A stretch of DNA of 64,000 nt from Trichoplax sp. H2. Taxonomy: Eukaryota. Within the stretch, counting starts at the first letter, position 1, and every line of letters starts with the position of its first letter. Below, one piece after another: positions 62,109 to 64,000 of this stretch. Position numbers and translations under genes: made by a program. The notes below the pieces were generated by a model. It did no database searches. It saw only the letters and a list, made by a program, of their open reading frames with translations, and was not told where the DNA came from. The DNA lies in assembly GCA_003344405.1 (NCBI GenBank), contig NOWV01000155.1, positions 62,001 to 126,000 on the forward strand, given 5' to 3'.

Positions 62109-64000
62109 TTATCGATTTCTTCGGACTTCAACACCCAACTGTAATTCGACAGCCGATCTTACGCGGTCCTATTTAGCAAGAGAAATATCACATAGAGTAA
62201 AGCCAAATTTACAATAATAAGTATTATCCACTTTCCAATATTTTCTAGAATTTTAATACTTGACTCCTAAATATCAGTATCGTAATAGCGCTCAAACCTG
62301 TATTACATTCATTTCTTCATTCGTAAGCGTCCTTCAATAGCAAAGAAAAAATAAGTATTCTACAAGTAGTTGAAAGATTCGATATTTCTTCAAAATACAG
62401 AAATTAATCGTACTGTACCTATCCATAGATCGATATGTTAATCTATAGCAATGACTTTGTCGTCCGGTCTTAGCATCAGTATAATCATCAACCTACAATA
62501 CGATTGAAAACAGCTCTGGTTATTTCATACGACTAAAAAATTGATGAAGTTTTAGTGTTAAATTTTAACAAAATAGCTTCCATTACTCACTAATGAAACT
62601 TGTTCTACCAAATCACCTCCGACGCTTCTCACTACGTCACAGAAACTGAATAAAATTACATCAAATTAAACTTTACAATTAATACACCATTAGTTGCATT
62701 ACGTATGACAGAATATGACATACTTATTTAAAGAAAATGCTGGTGATAGCCAAAACGAAATATCATTGTATAGAGGTGGATGTATGCTAAAAGGCTACAA
62801 TAAGAAAAATAACAGTGTTAATCCAGCAAGTTATTGTTAAATCGATCTCGAGTTGAATCAATTAGAACAGGGCTAACATCACGCTATCTGACCTTAAACT
62901 TGACATTGCTAATGACATCATCCACTTTAAACTGCGATAAAAAACGCTCGTCTTTGCTACGATAAGTCAGCAATAATACGTCATGAAATATATAATCACC
63001 CAAAATCAAAACATAAGTAAAAATTAGCATTATAGCAGTACCTCCAAAATAATCTGATATCTGGAATATCAAATAGAATCATTGCTATCCTTTCGATTCC
63101 AATTCCAAATGCCCAACCTATCCATTAGGAGCAAATTTATAATATCGCTAATCATAGTACGGTAGAAATTAATTGTATAATATCATGACGAATACTTTAA
63201 AATATTAATGAATAACGTTAAGCAGAAGTCAAGTACCAATTTTGTTAGAAGCTCCTATAAATAAGTAAGTAAACACGTAGTAAATTAGTCTATATCAATG
63301 AAATCATATAATACTGCTTTATATCCTATCTTGCCTCCTTTTACTAAAGTGTTGTGGCTCATTATGCCGCAGCCTAAAACTTCCAACCAATCGCCTTGAA
63401 ATTTAATTTCCATCTCCCATGATGGATGTGTGAATGGAAAATACTAAAAGATTTTATACAATAAATATTTCTATTAAGAACGATATACTGTAAGATATAA
63501 TAATATCAAAAATTCGTTAATTTCTGAAACCCTTTACCAAATGGTTAGATTACAGTAGCGAAGGCATACAACCACAACAATAAAACATGTATTATATATG
63601 GTAGCAAAGCAATAATCTTACCGCATCAACAAATCTAGTTTCTATATTACCAAACAGGTTATTCATAATTCCTGTGTAATAAATAGATACTTTGACTTAG
63701 CAGGCAAACAGCTATATGCCTTAAAATTGAAAATTATGCTTAAGTGCCGGCAGTCATACCCATTAAAATTTCTTTTAAATCATTCTCTACAAATTTTACA
63801 GCTTCTATAAATCCGATAATATAAGTCTCAGTTTAACAACAAAATACACCATAATTTTAAAGCAAAGATAATGCTTAGAAAAGTAACAACTCTATACGCA
63901 CCCAAGCTATGCACAGCCTGTTTCTCTTCAGTTTCTTGCATGGAATTATCGAAAATGTCTAGATTTTTATCTTTAGTAAAAATCTAAGTATACGAATAGT
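62109..64000 (-). CDS. FARS2: Mitochondrial phenylalanyl-tRNA synthetase (partial; 5' part right of the window)
   Basis: [84 protein letters not shown]..., LGVEVRRNR* (FDX-ACB-type C-terminus). Confidence 0.95.

Overview
AT-rich, intron-dense eukaryotic (animal) genomic DNA. Short GT-AG introns, compact genes and the gene content suggest a placozoan (Trichoplax-like) genome; this is an inference. Eleven protein-coding genes are supported: PACSIN/syndapin (-, 3' end outside the window), RPS10 (+), LYRM5/ETFRF1 (-), CASC1/DNAI7 (+), synaptojanin (-), a compact PGC-1/PPRC1-family coactivator (+), an intronless SAP-domain PARP3-like gene (-), two divergent intronless mTERF genes, DIS3L2 (+) and FARS2 (-, 5' end outside the window). 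The strongest unexplained signal is a ~340-bp almost perfect fold-back insertion with AG...CT termini and a 6-bp target-site duplication (Polinton/Maverick-like signature); both the filled and the empty site appear in the assembly around two N gaps. Two head-to-head gene pairs (PACSIN-RPS10, LYRM5-CASC1) match the human arrangement as I recall it. Tandem arrays recur at gene 5' ends, TACAGT/ACTGTA clusters mark divergent promoters, and an RPS10 intron holds candidate H/ACA-like RNAs. I found no CRISPR array, tRNA or rRNA. Exon coordinates were read by eye.
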